The notes beneath the pieces are model-generated. The model did not search any database, was not told where the DNA came from, and was given only the letters and a program-made list of their open reading frames with translations. This document shows, one piece after another, positions 35,720 through 43,887 of a stretch of DNA of 64,000 bases. The first letter of the stretch is position 1; each line of letters starts with the position of its first letter. The translations under genes were made by a program, and so were the position numbers. This DNA comes from Candidatus Blackburnbacteria bacterium (GTDB lineage: Bacteria > Patescibacteriota > Microgenomatia > UBA8517 > UBA10165), in assembly GCA_016183565.1 (NCBI GenBank), contig JACPEJ010000001.1, forward strand, positions 48,196 to 112,195, read 5' to 3'.

Positions 35720-37093
35720 TTATACGGAAAGTGTTTTTTTAATCCCCAATAGATCGTCTCTTAATCCACCATTCACCGACAAGTTTTTAGATATCTTTTC
35801 CACAGCGTGTATTACTGTAGTATGATCTTTCCCTCCCACTATTCTTCCCACTTCCTGGAGAGGTAGGCGTAGTTCTATGCGCAGGAGGTACATGAGGACT
35901 TGTCGAGGTAGGGCTACTGTTTGGGCTCTGTTGGTTCCAAGGAGCCTTCTTTTTCCGATTGAGTAGTAGGTTGCAACTGCGTTGATGAAATCTTGAGGAG
36001 AGGTGTGTTTTTTAAAGCCTGAATTTTGTTGTTCTGATGTCCCCAAGAGCTTGTGGACGACTTCTATTGTTATTTCTTCATGAGCGAATTGGGTGTGTGT
36101 GAATAAGCGTGTTATAAATCCTTCTATTTTCCTAGCAGCGTCGATATTTGCAGCTATTGCTTGGGCAATTTCCATGGGGAGTTCGAAGCCTCTTTCTTGG
36201 GCTTTGATTAAAGTTATAGCTGTTCGGAGTTCGAAGTCAGGGGGTGAGATATCAACGATAAGCCCAGCCTCGAACCTGCTTCTTAATCTTTCTTCTAGTT
36301 TTTCTATTTCAGAGGGGGGTTTATCTGAGGTTAGTATTATTTGGCCACCTTCTCTTTGAAGGGTGTTGAATGTGTGGAAGAATTCTTCTTGGACTGCATT
36401 TTTTCCTGCTAAAAATTGAATATCGTCTATCATTAGGAGCTTTAGTTTTCTGTATTTATTTTTAAATGCTATGGTGTTTTTAGTGCGTATGGCGTCTACT
36501 ATTTCTGTTGTGAATTCTTCTCCCATACAGTAAAGAATGGGAAAATCTGGGTTTTTTCTAAGCGCTCTATCTGCTACGGCTAACATTAAGTGAGTTTTTC
36601 CTACCCCTACTCCTCCCCACAGGAACAGGGGGTTGTATGCATGGCCCAAGTTTTCAGAGACTGCTTCGGCTGCTGCCCAGGCCATTTGGTTTGTTCCGGA
36701 AACTGCGAAGTTTTCAAATGTAAAACCAGGTCTTACCCGAGCATACTTGAGTGTGTTACTAAATACTTCTTCTGACGGGACGGGGTTTGTAAATAAGGGT
36801 TCGAGTAAGGTTTCGTTTTTTTTCAAGCCTGGCTTTTGTTTAACCAAGAAGGAGAGGTCGTTTGTTAGTCCGGTTATTTGATTTAGGCTGTCTTGAAGGA
36901 GTCCGAAGTATCTTTTTTCTATTGAATCAGCGATAAAGGGTGATGGGCAACCTATTTCTACAAATTGCCGGTCTTCGCCTAGAGTTTTTGTGGAGTAGAT
37001 GAATGTTTTGGATAGCCATGTTGAAAAGTTTGCGCTTGAGATGGAAACGCGGACGCTTGCTAGAACTTCTTTCCAAATTTTTTCTGTATCCAT
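35720..37093 (-). CDS. dnaA: Chromosomal replication initiator
   Basis: FTFENF, YNPLFLWGGVGVGKTHL, IDDIQFL, QEEFFHTFN, LRSRF, GGKDHTTVIHA. Confidence 0.98.
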   Translation of the reverse strand: MDTEKIWKEVLASVRVSISSANFSTWLSKTFIYSTKTLGEDRQFVEIGCPSPFIADSIEKRYFGLLQDSLNQITGLTNDLSFLVKQKPGLKKNETLLEPLFTNPVPSEEVFSNTLKYARVRPGFTFENFAVSGTNQMAWAAAEAVSENLGHAYNPLFLWGGVGVGKTHLMLAVADRALRKNPDFPILYCMGEEFTTEIVDAIRTKNTIAFKNKYRKLKLLMIDDIQFLAGKNAVQEEFFHTFNTLQREGGQIILTSDKPPSEIEKLEERLRSRFEAGLIVDISPPDFELRTAITLIKAQERGFELPMEIAQAIAANIDAARKIEGFITRLFTHTQFAHEEITIEVVHKLLGTSEQQNSGFKKHTSPQDFINAVATYYSIGKRRLLGTNRAQTVALPRQVLMYLLRIELRLPLQEVGRIVGGKDHTTVIHAVEKISKNLSVNGGLRDDLLGIKKTLSV

Positions 37094-37230
37094 GGTCGGA
37101 ATGTGTTGCCCGTGCTGCATTCAGCAGGCAAGTGACACGCATATATTAGCGGGCAGGGGTGAAACTTGGGGTTTGACAGGCAACATGGTTTTGGATGTCC
37201 AAGCTACCTGCTATTGATAATATTAAGCAG

Positions 37231-37239
37231 TTATCCACA
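37231..37239 (+). promoter_or_regulatory. Perfect DnaA box in dnaA-rpmH intergenic region
   Basis: TTATCCACA. Confidence 0.75.
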
Positions 37240-37352
37240 GCTGGTCAACACCCATTTTTAGGAAAGTAGCAGATTATTCCATTCTGGAATGGAAAGGTAG
37301 TAAAGGTAGCGTGTGTTTGCATAGAGGGAGTTTGGTGTGTAAAATATTACAC

Positions 37353-37493
37353 ATGGCAACTAAAAGAACTTACCAGCCGAGTAAAACAAGGCGCAGGCGA
37401 AAGGTTGGTTTTCGCGCAAGGCGTGCAACGAGTAATGGAAGAAGGGTACTTAAGAGAAGAACCTTGAAAGGGCGTAAACGTTTAATTGTTTAA
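37353..37493 (+). CDS. rpmH: 50S ribosomal protein L34
   Basis: [21 protein letters not shown]...GRKRL; promoter ttgcat-17-taaaat 7 nt upstream of ATG. Confidence 0.96.
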   Translation: MATKRTYQPSKTRRRRKVGFRARRATSNGRRVLKRRTLKGRKRLIV

Positions 37494-37514
37494 CACTCTA
37501 CTCTTTTTTCCTGT

Positions 37515-37856
37515 ATGCTCCCCAAAAAATATCGGTTGACGGACAAAGCAGATTTTGATGTAGTTTTTTCTAAGGGGTGGCGTATAAGTGGGAGATTTTT
37601 CGTGGTTTTAGTTCTTGAGAAGTCTGAGCTTTTCAACTCCTTGTTAGGTATTATTGTTTCTAGTAAAGTATCTAAGAAGGCTGTTGATAGAAACAGGATA
37701 AAGAGGGTTGTTCGAAGTGCACTGGGGCAGTCTATTGTTGAATCGAAAACTTTTTATTTGGTTGTAGTGATTGCGAAGGCAGCTGCAGTTACTGCCCCTT
37801 CGAAATTACTTGAGGAGGAGGCTATTACACTTTTAGGCAAGATTGTGAGGTTTTAA
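37515..37856 (+). CDS. rnpA: Ribonuclease P protein component
   Basis: MLPKKYRL, GIIVSSKVSKKAVDRNRIKR. Confidence 0.95.
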   Translation: MLPKKYRLTDKADFDVVFSKGWRISGRFFVVLVLEKSELFNSLLGIIVSSKVSKKAVDRNRIKRVVRSALGQSIVESKTFYLVVVIAKAAAVTAPSKLLEEEAITLLGKIVRF

Positions 37857-38068
37857 TGGTAACTTTTTTGCGATTTTTGATTAGGACTTATCAGTTGGTT
37901 TTTTCAAAAGATGGTGCGCCTTTAAGGTTTGTATTGGGTATAGGAGGCTGTAGGTACTCCCCTACTTGTTCCGAGTATACATATGCGGTTTTAGGAGAGA
38001 AGGGTCTTTTGAGGGGCTTGTGTTTGGCTGTACGACGTGTTTTGAGGTGTAATTCGTTCATGTTTTAA
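37856..38068 (+). CDS. yidD: Membrane protein insertion efficiency factor
   Basis: CRYSPTCSEY...G...RVLRCN. Confidence 0.92.
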   Translation: MVTFLRFLIRTYQLVFSKDGAPLRFVLGIGGCRYSPTCSEYTYAVLGEKGLLRGLCLAVRRVLRCNSFMF

Positions 38069-38069
38069 A

Positions 38070-38855
38070 ATGTTGCAAACTATTTGGGTGCCGCTTATTA
38101 ATTTGTTGATAGTTTTTTACCATTTGTTCTTTAGTAATTTGGGTTTGGCGATTGTTGCTTTTACTGCTTTTATCAGGCTTCTTCTTGTTCCTCTGACACT
38201 TCCTTCTATGCGTACAATGCAAAAAATGAAAGAACTTGCCCCGGAACTTGAAAAGATAAAGAAGCGACACTCTAATGACAAGAAGAAGCTTATGCAGGCT
38301 CAGGCAGATTTTTATAAAGAGAAAGGTATAAATCCAGCTTCGGGATGTTTACCACAGATTGTTCAGATAGTGATTCTTATTGCATTGTTTAATGGTTTTG
38401 TGAGTGTTTTTGGCGGGAGTGATATTACAGTTCAACTTAATAGTGTTTTATATCCCCCCCTTCGTGTATCTGGCGAAATCAATAAGGTTTTTTTGGGGAA
38501 AGATTTGACTGCGCCGGATGTTGTTAACTTGCCTGGTTTTCCATTTGCTTTGCCTGGGTTGTTTTTGACTTTGGTTGCGGTTGTTCAGTTTTTATCGTCT
38601 AAGATGATGATGCCAGTGGTTGATCAGGCGAAGAAGGTTGCCGCAAAAACCGAGGGAGGTTTTGATGATATAGCAGCTTCTATGCAACAGCAAATGCTTT
38701 ATATGTTTCCCTTGATTACAGTGTTTATTGGATTAAAGTTTTCGTTGGCAATTGTTCTTTATTGGGGGGCTTTTTCTCTTTTTCAAGCTGTTCAGCAATA
38801 TTTTGTTTCTGGTTGGGGTGGGTTGGCTCCTCTTGTACGTCGTATCTCCGGGTAA
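38070..38855 (+). CDS. yidC: YidC/Oxa1 insertase
   Basis: GLAIVAFTAFIRLLLVPL, NPASGCLP, LYW...QQY. Confidence 0.95.
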   Translation: MLQTIWVPLINLLIVFYHLFFSNLGLAIVAFTAFIRLLLVPLTLPSMRTMQKMKELAPELEKIKKRHSNDKKKLMQAQADFYKEKGINPASGCLPQIVQIVILIALFNGFVSVFGGSDITVQLNSVLYPPLRVSGEINKVFLGKDLTAPDVVNLPGFPFALPGLFLTLVAVVQFLSSKMMMPVVDQAKKVAAKTEGGFDDIAASMQQQMLYMFPLITVFIGLKFSLAIVLYWGAFSLFQAVQQYFVSGWGGLAPLVRRISG

Positions 38856-38898
38856 TTTTTAGTAATAGTTCATATCCACTGACGTAGGGCCAGAAGTA

Positions 38899-40809
38899 CT
38901 AAACCTGCCGAATCGAATAGAAGCCTTTTCCTCTAATCCAGCGATAGGTGCCTTTATTAGTGGCAATCTGTCCTTGCTCTGCCAGCAGCTCGCTGGCAAT
39001 TTTATCATACATGGCTTTTATTACCTCTGGATCTTTCAGCGCTTCTTGCTCTTCTTCAGTTCCTTCAGTCAGAATGATATTCATTCTGTAGGTAAACGCG
39101 CCTATTGCTTTCACCATCCACACATGAGGATCATCCACTCCCTGAAATTTATTGAGAACATACAATGCCTCATCACGTGTTCCCATATCAACTTTCCCGC
39201 CTTGAGTGGCAACGGCTACTACCGCTATTTGCCCTTCTTGTGATACTCCTTCGAATCCACCTGTTGCTCTGGTTATATTGGTTAAGAATTGGAAAGCAAA
39301 GACTTTTTGCTGTGCTGTTTCATCTATTATCCCCCTGGCTCTGATCTCCACCGATGCTGCCTCCCCTGCCTCATAAGCGCTGCGAGCTATGACCTCAGGC
39401 GGCATGGCGGTCTGCTGCAGTTGTTCCACTGATAGTCTAACTGCTTCGGCAACTGGGGCTGGAGCTTGATTAACTACTGCAGTTAGTCTATTAACCACAG
39501 CTATTGGTACTTGAGATCTTTGAAATATCTCAGCAAGTTGTGCTGCCTCGGCTGTACGAGGGGTTACTGCAGCTGGTGGAGTTGGCCTTGGTTCAGGAGT
39601 TGGCGGTGGTGCTGGCCGTGGTGTTGCAGGCGGTGTTGTAGGTTGTTCTGAAACTCTGGGGGTAGGAAACCTTTGAGGCTGTAGAGTAGCTGATGCTGCC
39701 AGAACAGCAGTAGGCGCAGAAACTGGCTCTTCCTTTTTAGCTTCTTGCGTTGGTGTATTGGTTGCTGTTGCAGTAGCAGTTCTGGTCGCTGTTTTTGTTG
39801 CAGTCTGAGTTGCCGTAGCAGTATCTGTTGGGGTGGCTGTTGGAGTGGGGGTTGGGATAGGGGTTTCACTTGGGATGGCTGTGCCAGTTGCTGTGGCAGT
39901 CTTAGATGTTGTGGGTGACGCAGTTTCAGTAGGGGTTGGAGTTCTAGTTGGGGTAGATTCTGGGGTGGGAGTTTTGGTGGGAGTGGCAGATTCGGTTGAT
40001 GTACCAGTGGCTGTAGCAGTTGCAGTCGGAGAAGGAGTTGATGTATCCGCTGGTCTTGATGTCTCAGTCGGCGGGGGTGTTGGGGTATTCGATGGAACAG
40101 GTGAGGGTGTAGTGGTTGACGGTTCTGGTAGGGTTCCCGCGCCTTCTGCGCCAGAAACCGATTCTCCATTCGCTCCACCATAAGCAAGAATGCCTACTAT
40201 CACAGCCGCCGCTAATCCTTTTGCTAAATGTGCTAAATTATTTTTAATGATTCGTGGAGTTCTTCGCCAGGTGTTAGCGATGCATTGAACCGTTCCTTCC
40301 GCTTTTCCCTTAAGCTTCTCAAGAAGATGTGGGTTGAGCTGGAAAAATGGGTTCTGCCCAAGCTTGTCAAAGTTTAAAGACCCATCAGGATTTCTGTCAG
40401 AATCTGTAATATATCCATGTCTGGCGAGGTAGTCTTCCCTTCCCAGCCAGCCCAATTGGGCAGCTTGCGAACGTTTGATCGTAGAAATCAATGACTTTAC
40501 TTGTTGACGGGTCTTTTCATCAACTTCCTCAGTCTGTTCTAAAACAGCGGATGCCTTTTGCGTCACTCGCGCTGCATCGCTATCAGCCGCCTGAGACAAC
40601 CTCTCAAGTGATGCGCGCAGATATGTTTCATTCCTGACCAGACCCACGGCAGCCGAGGCCTTCATAATCTCGTCATCGGTAAGGTTGTAGAAGCGGGGAT
40701 CAACAAACTTTCTATACTCTTCCTTTGCTTGCGCCCGTCGCATCTTGCCCACCGCGCTCAGCATTTGCTGCGTTGGTGTTCTAGGTGCTTGTTCGATTCG
40801 TCGTGACAT
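38899..40809 (-). CDS. Orphan membrane protein with long Thr/Pro-rich linker
   Basis: 636-aa ORF; TM LAAAVIVGILAYGG; about 180 aa TPTPTAT-type linker. Confidence 0.8.
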   Translation of the reverse strand: MSRRIEQAPRTPTQQMLSAVGKMRRAQAKEEYRKFVDPRFYNLTDDEIMKASAAVGLVRNETYLRASLERLSQAADSDAARVTQKASAVLEQTEEVDEKTRQQVKSLISTIKRSQAAQLGWLGREDYLARHGYITDSDRNPDGSLNFDKLGQNPFFQLNPHLLEKLKGKAEGTVQCIANTWRRTPRIIKNNLAHLAKGLAAAVIVGILAYGGANGESVSGAEGAGTLPEPSTTTPSPVPSNTPTPPPTETSRPADTSTPSPTATATATGTSTESATPTKTPTPESTPTRTPTPTETASPTTSKTATATGTAIPSETPIPTPTPTATPTDTATATQTATKTATRTATATATNTPTQEAKKEEPVSAPTAVLAASATLQPQRFPTPRVSEQPTTPPATPRPAPPPTPEPRPTPPAAVTPRTAEAAQLAEIFQRSQVPIAVVNRLTAVVNQAPAPVAEAVRLSVEQLQQTAMPPEVIARSAYEAGEAASVEIRARGIIDETAQQKVFAFQFLTNITRATGGFEGVSQEGQIAVVAVATQGGKVDMGTRDEALYVLNKFQGVDDPHVWMVKAIGAFTYRMNIILTEGTEEEQEALKDPEVIKAMYDKIASELLAEQGQIATNKGTYRWIRGKGFYSIRQV

Positions 40810-40812
40810 ATA

Positions 40813-41076
40813 TTACTCTTTTGTACTGCTTACACTAACCATACGTTCGCACTGGTTGATATGTTCCTCCAGTAGAGACAGTGATTGTTGGTAGTTTTGG
40901 TACATCTCCTCTGCTTGTTGCTGAAACTCTTTGATAGTTTGCGGATCTTTTTCCTGGATGATTTCTTGGGCGATAATCTGTAAATCTTGCTGAAAGCGAT
41001 TTCTAAGTATCTCCACAAGCGCAATGACGCTACCAAGCTCTTGTGAAATCTTTGAGCGCTTACTCATGAGGCTCAT
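40813..41076 (-). CDS. Small Gln-rich helical hypothetical protein
   Basis: Stop lies 3 nt before the next ATG; coiled-coil-like sequence. Confidence 0.6.
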   Translation of the reverse strand: MSLMSKRSKISQELGSVIALVEILRNRFQQDLQIIAQEIIQEKDPQTIKEFQQQAEEMYQNYQQSLSLLEEHINQCERMVSVSSTKE

Positions 41077-41184
41077 TGTACACATAATCCCATAAAGGTC
41101 AAATTGGTGTCCTGGTTGTAATAATTCTCGACTACCTTTGATCCCCGTGGCGGAATCTTTTTGTTTTTGGTAAAATACCTTTAC

Positions 41185-41652
41185 ATGAATGAAATGCAGT
41201 ATGAAACTCTTATTCAAGAGGTGGCACAAAATTTTCTTGATTTGGTTGGTATAAACGGTGCAGTTCGGGTTTCTGGTGAAGAAGATTCCTATCGGGTGCA
41301 GGTAGAATCTGATGAAGCCGGAATATTGATAGGACGGCGAGGTGAGACTGTGGCTGCTTTACAGTTGGTGATAAAACAAGTTGTGTACAATCGGGTTGGG
41401 AAGAACGTTGATAAATTTCATTTGATTGTTAATGTTGGAGATTGGCAGGAACGGCGTGAGGATGTGTTGCGCTCGCTTGCCATGTCAGCAGTTACAAAGG
41501 TGAAAGCAACCAATGAACCTTGCCATATTTATGATCTTTCTCCTTCGGAGCGGCGGTTTGTGCACATTCTTCTTTCTGAAGACCAGAGTGTTTCTACGGA
41601 ATCAGAAGGTGAAGGACGAGATCGACATTTGGTGGTTAAACCTTGTGAGTGA
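41185..41652 (+). CDS. jag: Jag/EloR-like KH-R3H RNA-binding protein (no Jag_N domain)
   Basis: LIGRRGETVAALQ KH motif; ERRFVH R3H; SEGEGRDRHLVV. Confidence 0.92.
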   Translation: MNEMQYETLIQEVAQNFLDLVGINGAVRVSGEEDSYRVQVESDEAGILIGRRGETVAALQLVIKQVVYNRVGKNVDKFHLIVNVGDWQERREDVLRSLAMSAVTKVKATNEPCHIYDLSPSERRFVHILLSEDQSVSTESEGEGRDRHLVVKPCE

Positions 41653-41653
41653 T

Positions 41654-41834
41654 TTTTCAGGTGGGTCCTGTCAGGAGCTCCCGAGTCCGACGTCCTCGCT
41701 TAACGCTTCTGGCGCTCGATGGGACTCCTCGTTCGAGTCTGAGCCGATTCGGCCTGAGCTCACTGTCGAAGGACCTGAGGGCTCATCCCTCAGAGTCGAA
41801 GACCTCCCATACTGACACCCACTTCACTTGAAAA
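41654..41834. repeat. Nested palindromic element cluster closed by a long outer stem
   Basis: ttttcaggtggg..tgtcag pairs with ctgaca-cccac..ttgaaaa; interior cctgagctcactgtcgaagga, ctgagggctcatccctcag, gagtccgacg..cgatgggactc. Confidence 0.7.
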
Positions 41835-41886
41835 CTGGATTGTTTTTCGGTTAACGGCTACTATTGTAGTAATATCACTATTTTTC

Positions 41887-43191
41887 ATGGCTATATTCCA
41901 TGTTGTTTTTAAGAACACCTTTTTTCAGGTATTTTCAAAACTTTTTACTCTTGGCCTATCGCTTTTTGTTATTACCCCTCTTCTTACTCGTCATTTAGAA
42001 GAGGGTGGTTATGGTGCATATACACTTGTAACTGCGTTTATTTTGTTTTTTGGTACTCTATCTGATTGGGGTACAAACATTATTGCGGTTCGGGAAGCAG
42101 TTGGTGATAAAGATAAGGGTCGAGTTGTTTTTGGCACCTCGGGCATTCTCCGTTTGTTTTTGTCTTTGATTGGGTTTATTGTTTTAAACATTGTTGTGAG
42201 GATGAATCCGAGTTGGGATTATTTGGTAGGGGTTCTTACGATTGCTTCTTTTGTATTATTGTTTTTATCTATAAAAACAACGGTTGGGATTGTTTTTCAG
42301 ACCTTGCTTAGGTATGAGCTCTTTGCGATTGTGGAAATGGTTTCGACTGTTGTTTTTCTTGTTTTTGTTTTTTTGTCTGTGAGTTTTTTTGGTGGTTTAT
42401 CCCCTATTATTGTGGCTTGGTTGGTTGCTACTGTCGCTGCAAGTTTGATAGGAGTTATATTAGCGCTTCGAATTTCGCGGATAGATTTTTCCTTTGATAA
42501 AAAAATTGCTCGAAGAATTTTGGCGGAGGCGTTTCCAACTGGAGCTCTCTTGATGCTTTTTTCGGTTTACAATCGGATAGATACAATAATTTTGCAAGTA
42601 TTTCAGGGTGATTTTTCGGTTGGCATATATGGTCTTTCTTATAAGGTTTACGATAACTCGGTTATGGGTGCAGCGTTTTTGATGAATGCTGTATTCCCTA
42701 TTATGGCAACCCGGTTTCGTTCTTCCCCAAGAGCGAATTTGCAGAAGTTTTATCAAAAAATTTTTGATGTTCTTTTTATGTTGGGGGTTTTTGTTTTTGG
42801 TGTTATTTTTATTACTGCCCCCTTTGTTGTTGAGATGCTGGGACGAGGAGGTTTTAAGGACTCGGTGGGTGTGTTGCAAATTCTTTCTGTTGCAGTGATG
42901 TTTGCATATCTTAATCATTTGACAGGGTATTCGCTTATTGCTTTAGGAAAGCAACGAGTTTCTCTTGTTATTGCTTTGGTTGCGTTATTGTTTAATGTTT
43001 TGCTTAATTTGATTTTTATTCCAAGTTACTCATACAATGCTGCTGCAATTATTACCATTGCTACAGAGGGTTTGATTTTGGTATTATCGACAATTGCTGT
43101 TTGGAAAACTATTGGGGTTGTTCCCCGCTTACTCTCTTTTCCAACGACTGCTGTTTTTATATTACGATCTAAGAATAATTTTCTAAAATGA
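41887..43191 (+). CDS. Wzx-like polysaccharide flippase
   Basis: KNT..Q, TRHL..ggYG.Y, DWG, YNRIDTIIL, VGIYG; about 12 TM. Confidence 0.9.
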   Translation: MAIFHVVFKNTFFQVFSKLFTLGLSLFVITPLLTRHLEEGGYGAYTLVTAFILFFGTLSDWGTNIIAVREAVGDKDKGRVVFGTSGILRLFLSLIGFIVLNIVVRMNPSWDYLVGVLTIASFVLLFLSIKTTVGIVFQTLLRYELFAIVEMVSTVVFLVFVFLSVSFFGGLSPIIVAWLVATVAASLIGVILALRISRIDFSFDKKIARRILAEAFPTGALLMLFSVYNRIDTIILQVFQGDFSVGIYGLSYKVYDNSVMGAAFLMNAVFPIMATRFRSSPRANLQKFYQKIFDVLFMLGVFVFGVIFITAPFVVEMLGRGGFKDSVGVLQILSVAVMFAYLNHLTGYSLIALGKQRVSLVIALVALLFNVLLNLIFIPSYSYNAAAIITIATEGLILVLSTIAVWKTIGVVPRLLSFPTTAVFILRSKNNFLK

Positions 43192-43604
43192 TGAGTTTAA
43201 ATTTGCGTGTTTTTTGTGATGGCGGGGCTAGGGGCAACCCGGGTCCTGCTGCCAGTGCGTTTGTTGTAATGGATGGGGAGAATGTTTTAACAAATGGAGG
43301 AAAATATTTGGGATATGCTACTAATAATGTTGCAGAGTATAGTGCTGTTATTTTTGCACTGGAATGGTTGGTTTCTCATGCGGAAGGCGCGGAACGCATC
43401 TCGTTTTTTTTGGATTCACAGTTGATTGTTAAGCAGCTTTCAGGTGAGTTTCGGATAAAGGACCAGAAACTTTTAGGTCTTGTTTTGGCTCTACGCAAAA
43501 TAGAGCGGCAGCTTGGGGTACCCATATCTTATCAGCATATTCCCCGTTCTCAGAATAAATTGGCTGATGCATTGGTGAACAAGATTTTGGATGAGAACAG
43601 ATAA
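43188..43604 (+). CDS. rnhA: Ribonuclease HI family protein
   Basis: CDGGARGNPGPA, TNNVAEY, DSQL, HIPRSQNKLADAL. Confidence 0.93.
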   Translation: MMSLNLRVFCDGGARGNPGPAASAFVVMDGENVLTNGGKYLGYATNNVAEYSAVIFALEWLVSHAEGAERISFFLDSQLIVKQLSGEFRIKDQKLLGLVLALRKIERQLGVPISYQHIPRSQNKLADALVNKILDENR

Positions 43605-43717
43605 CTTGTGTAAAATGAGACTGGAGAAGCTGTTTTGAAACAGCTTTATAGATCTCTGTCAAATTCGTCTAATCTTTCACATCGTGGAGATTCCACTTTT
43701 GGTTTTTTACACAACTT
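43603..43717. mobile_element. MITE-like element with 13-bp terminal inverted repeats
   Basis: aacttgtgtaaaa ... ttttacacaactt (one mismatch); contains the core shared with 23240-23276. Confidence 0.55.
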
Positions 43718-43887
43718 GGGTTGGGGTGGGGAAGTGGTGATACAAGTGGTATTTTCGGGTGACTCGCCCTCCTGGTCTTAGCTTGCGCCTTTTTTGTACT
43801 ATTCGTACACGATGCAAAGAGCGACTTTGGGAGGACTGCGGTCCGACGTTACGTCGGACCTTGAATTTGCGCGGGGATTTGCTTACT

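Noticed and set aside
39564-40187. Alternative-frame and antisense ORFs in the Thr/Pro region
   Set aside because: Shadows of the repetitive linker
41513-41831. ORFs of 100 and 60 aa after jag
   Set aside because: Translate the nested palindromic elements, which lack stops because they are GC-rich
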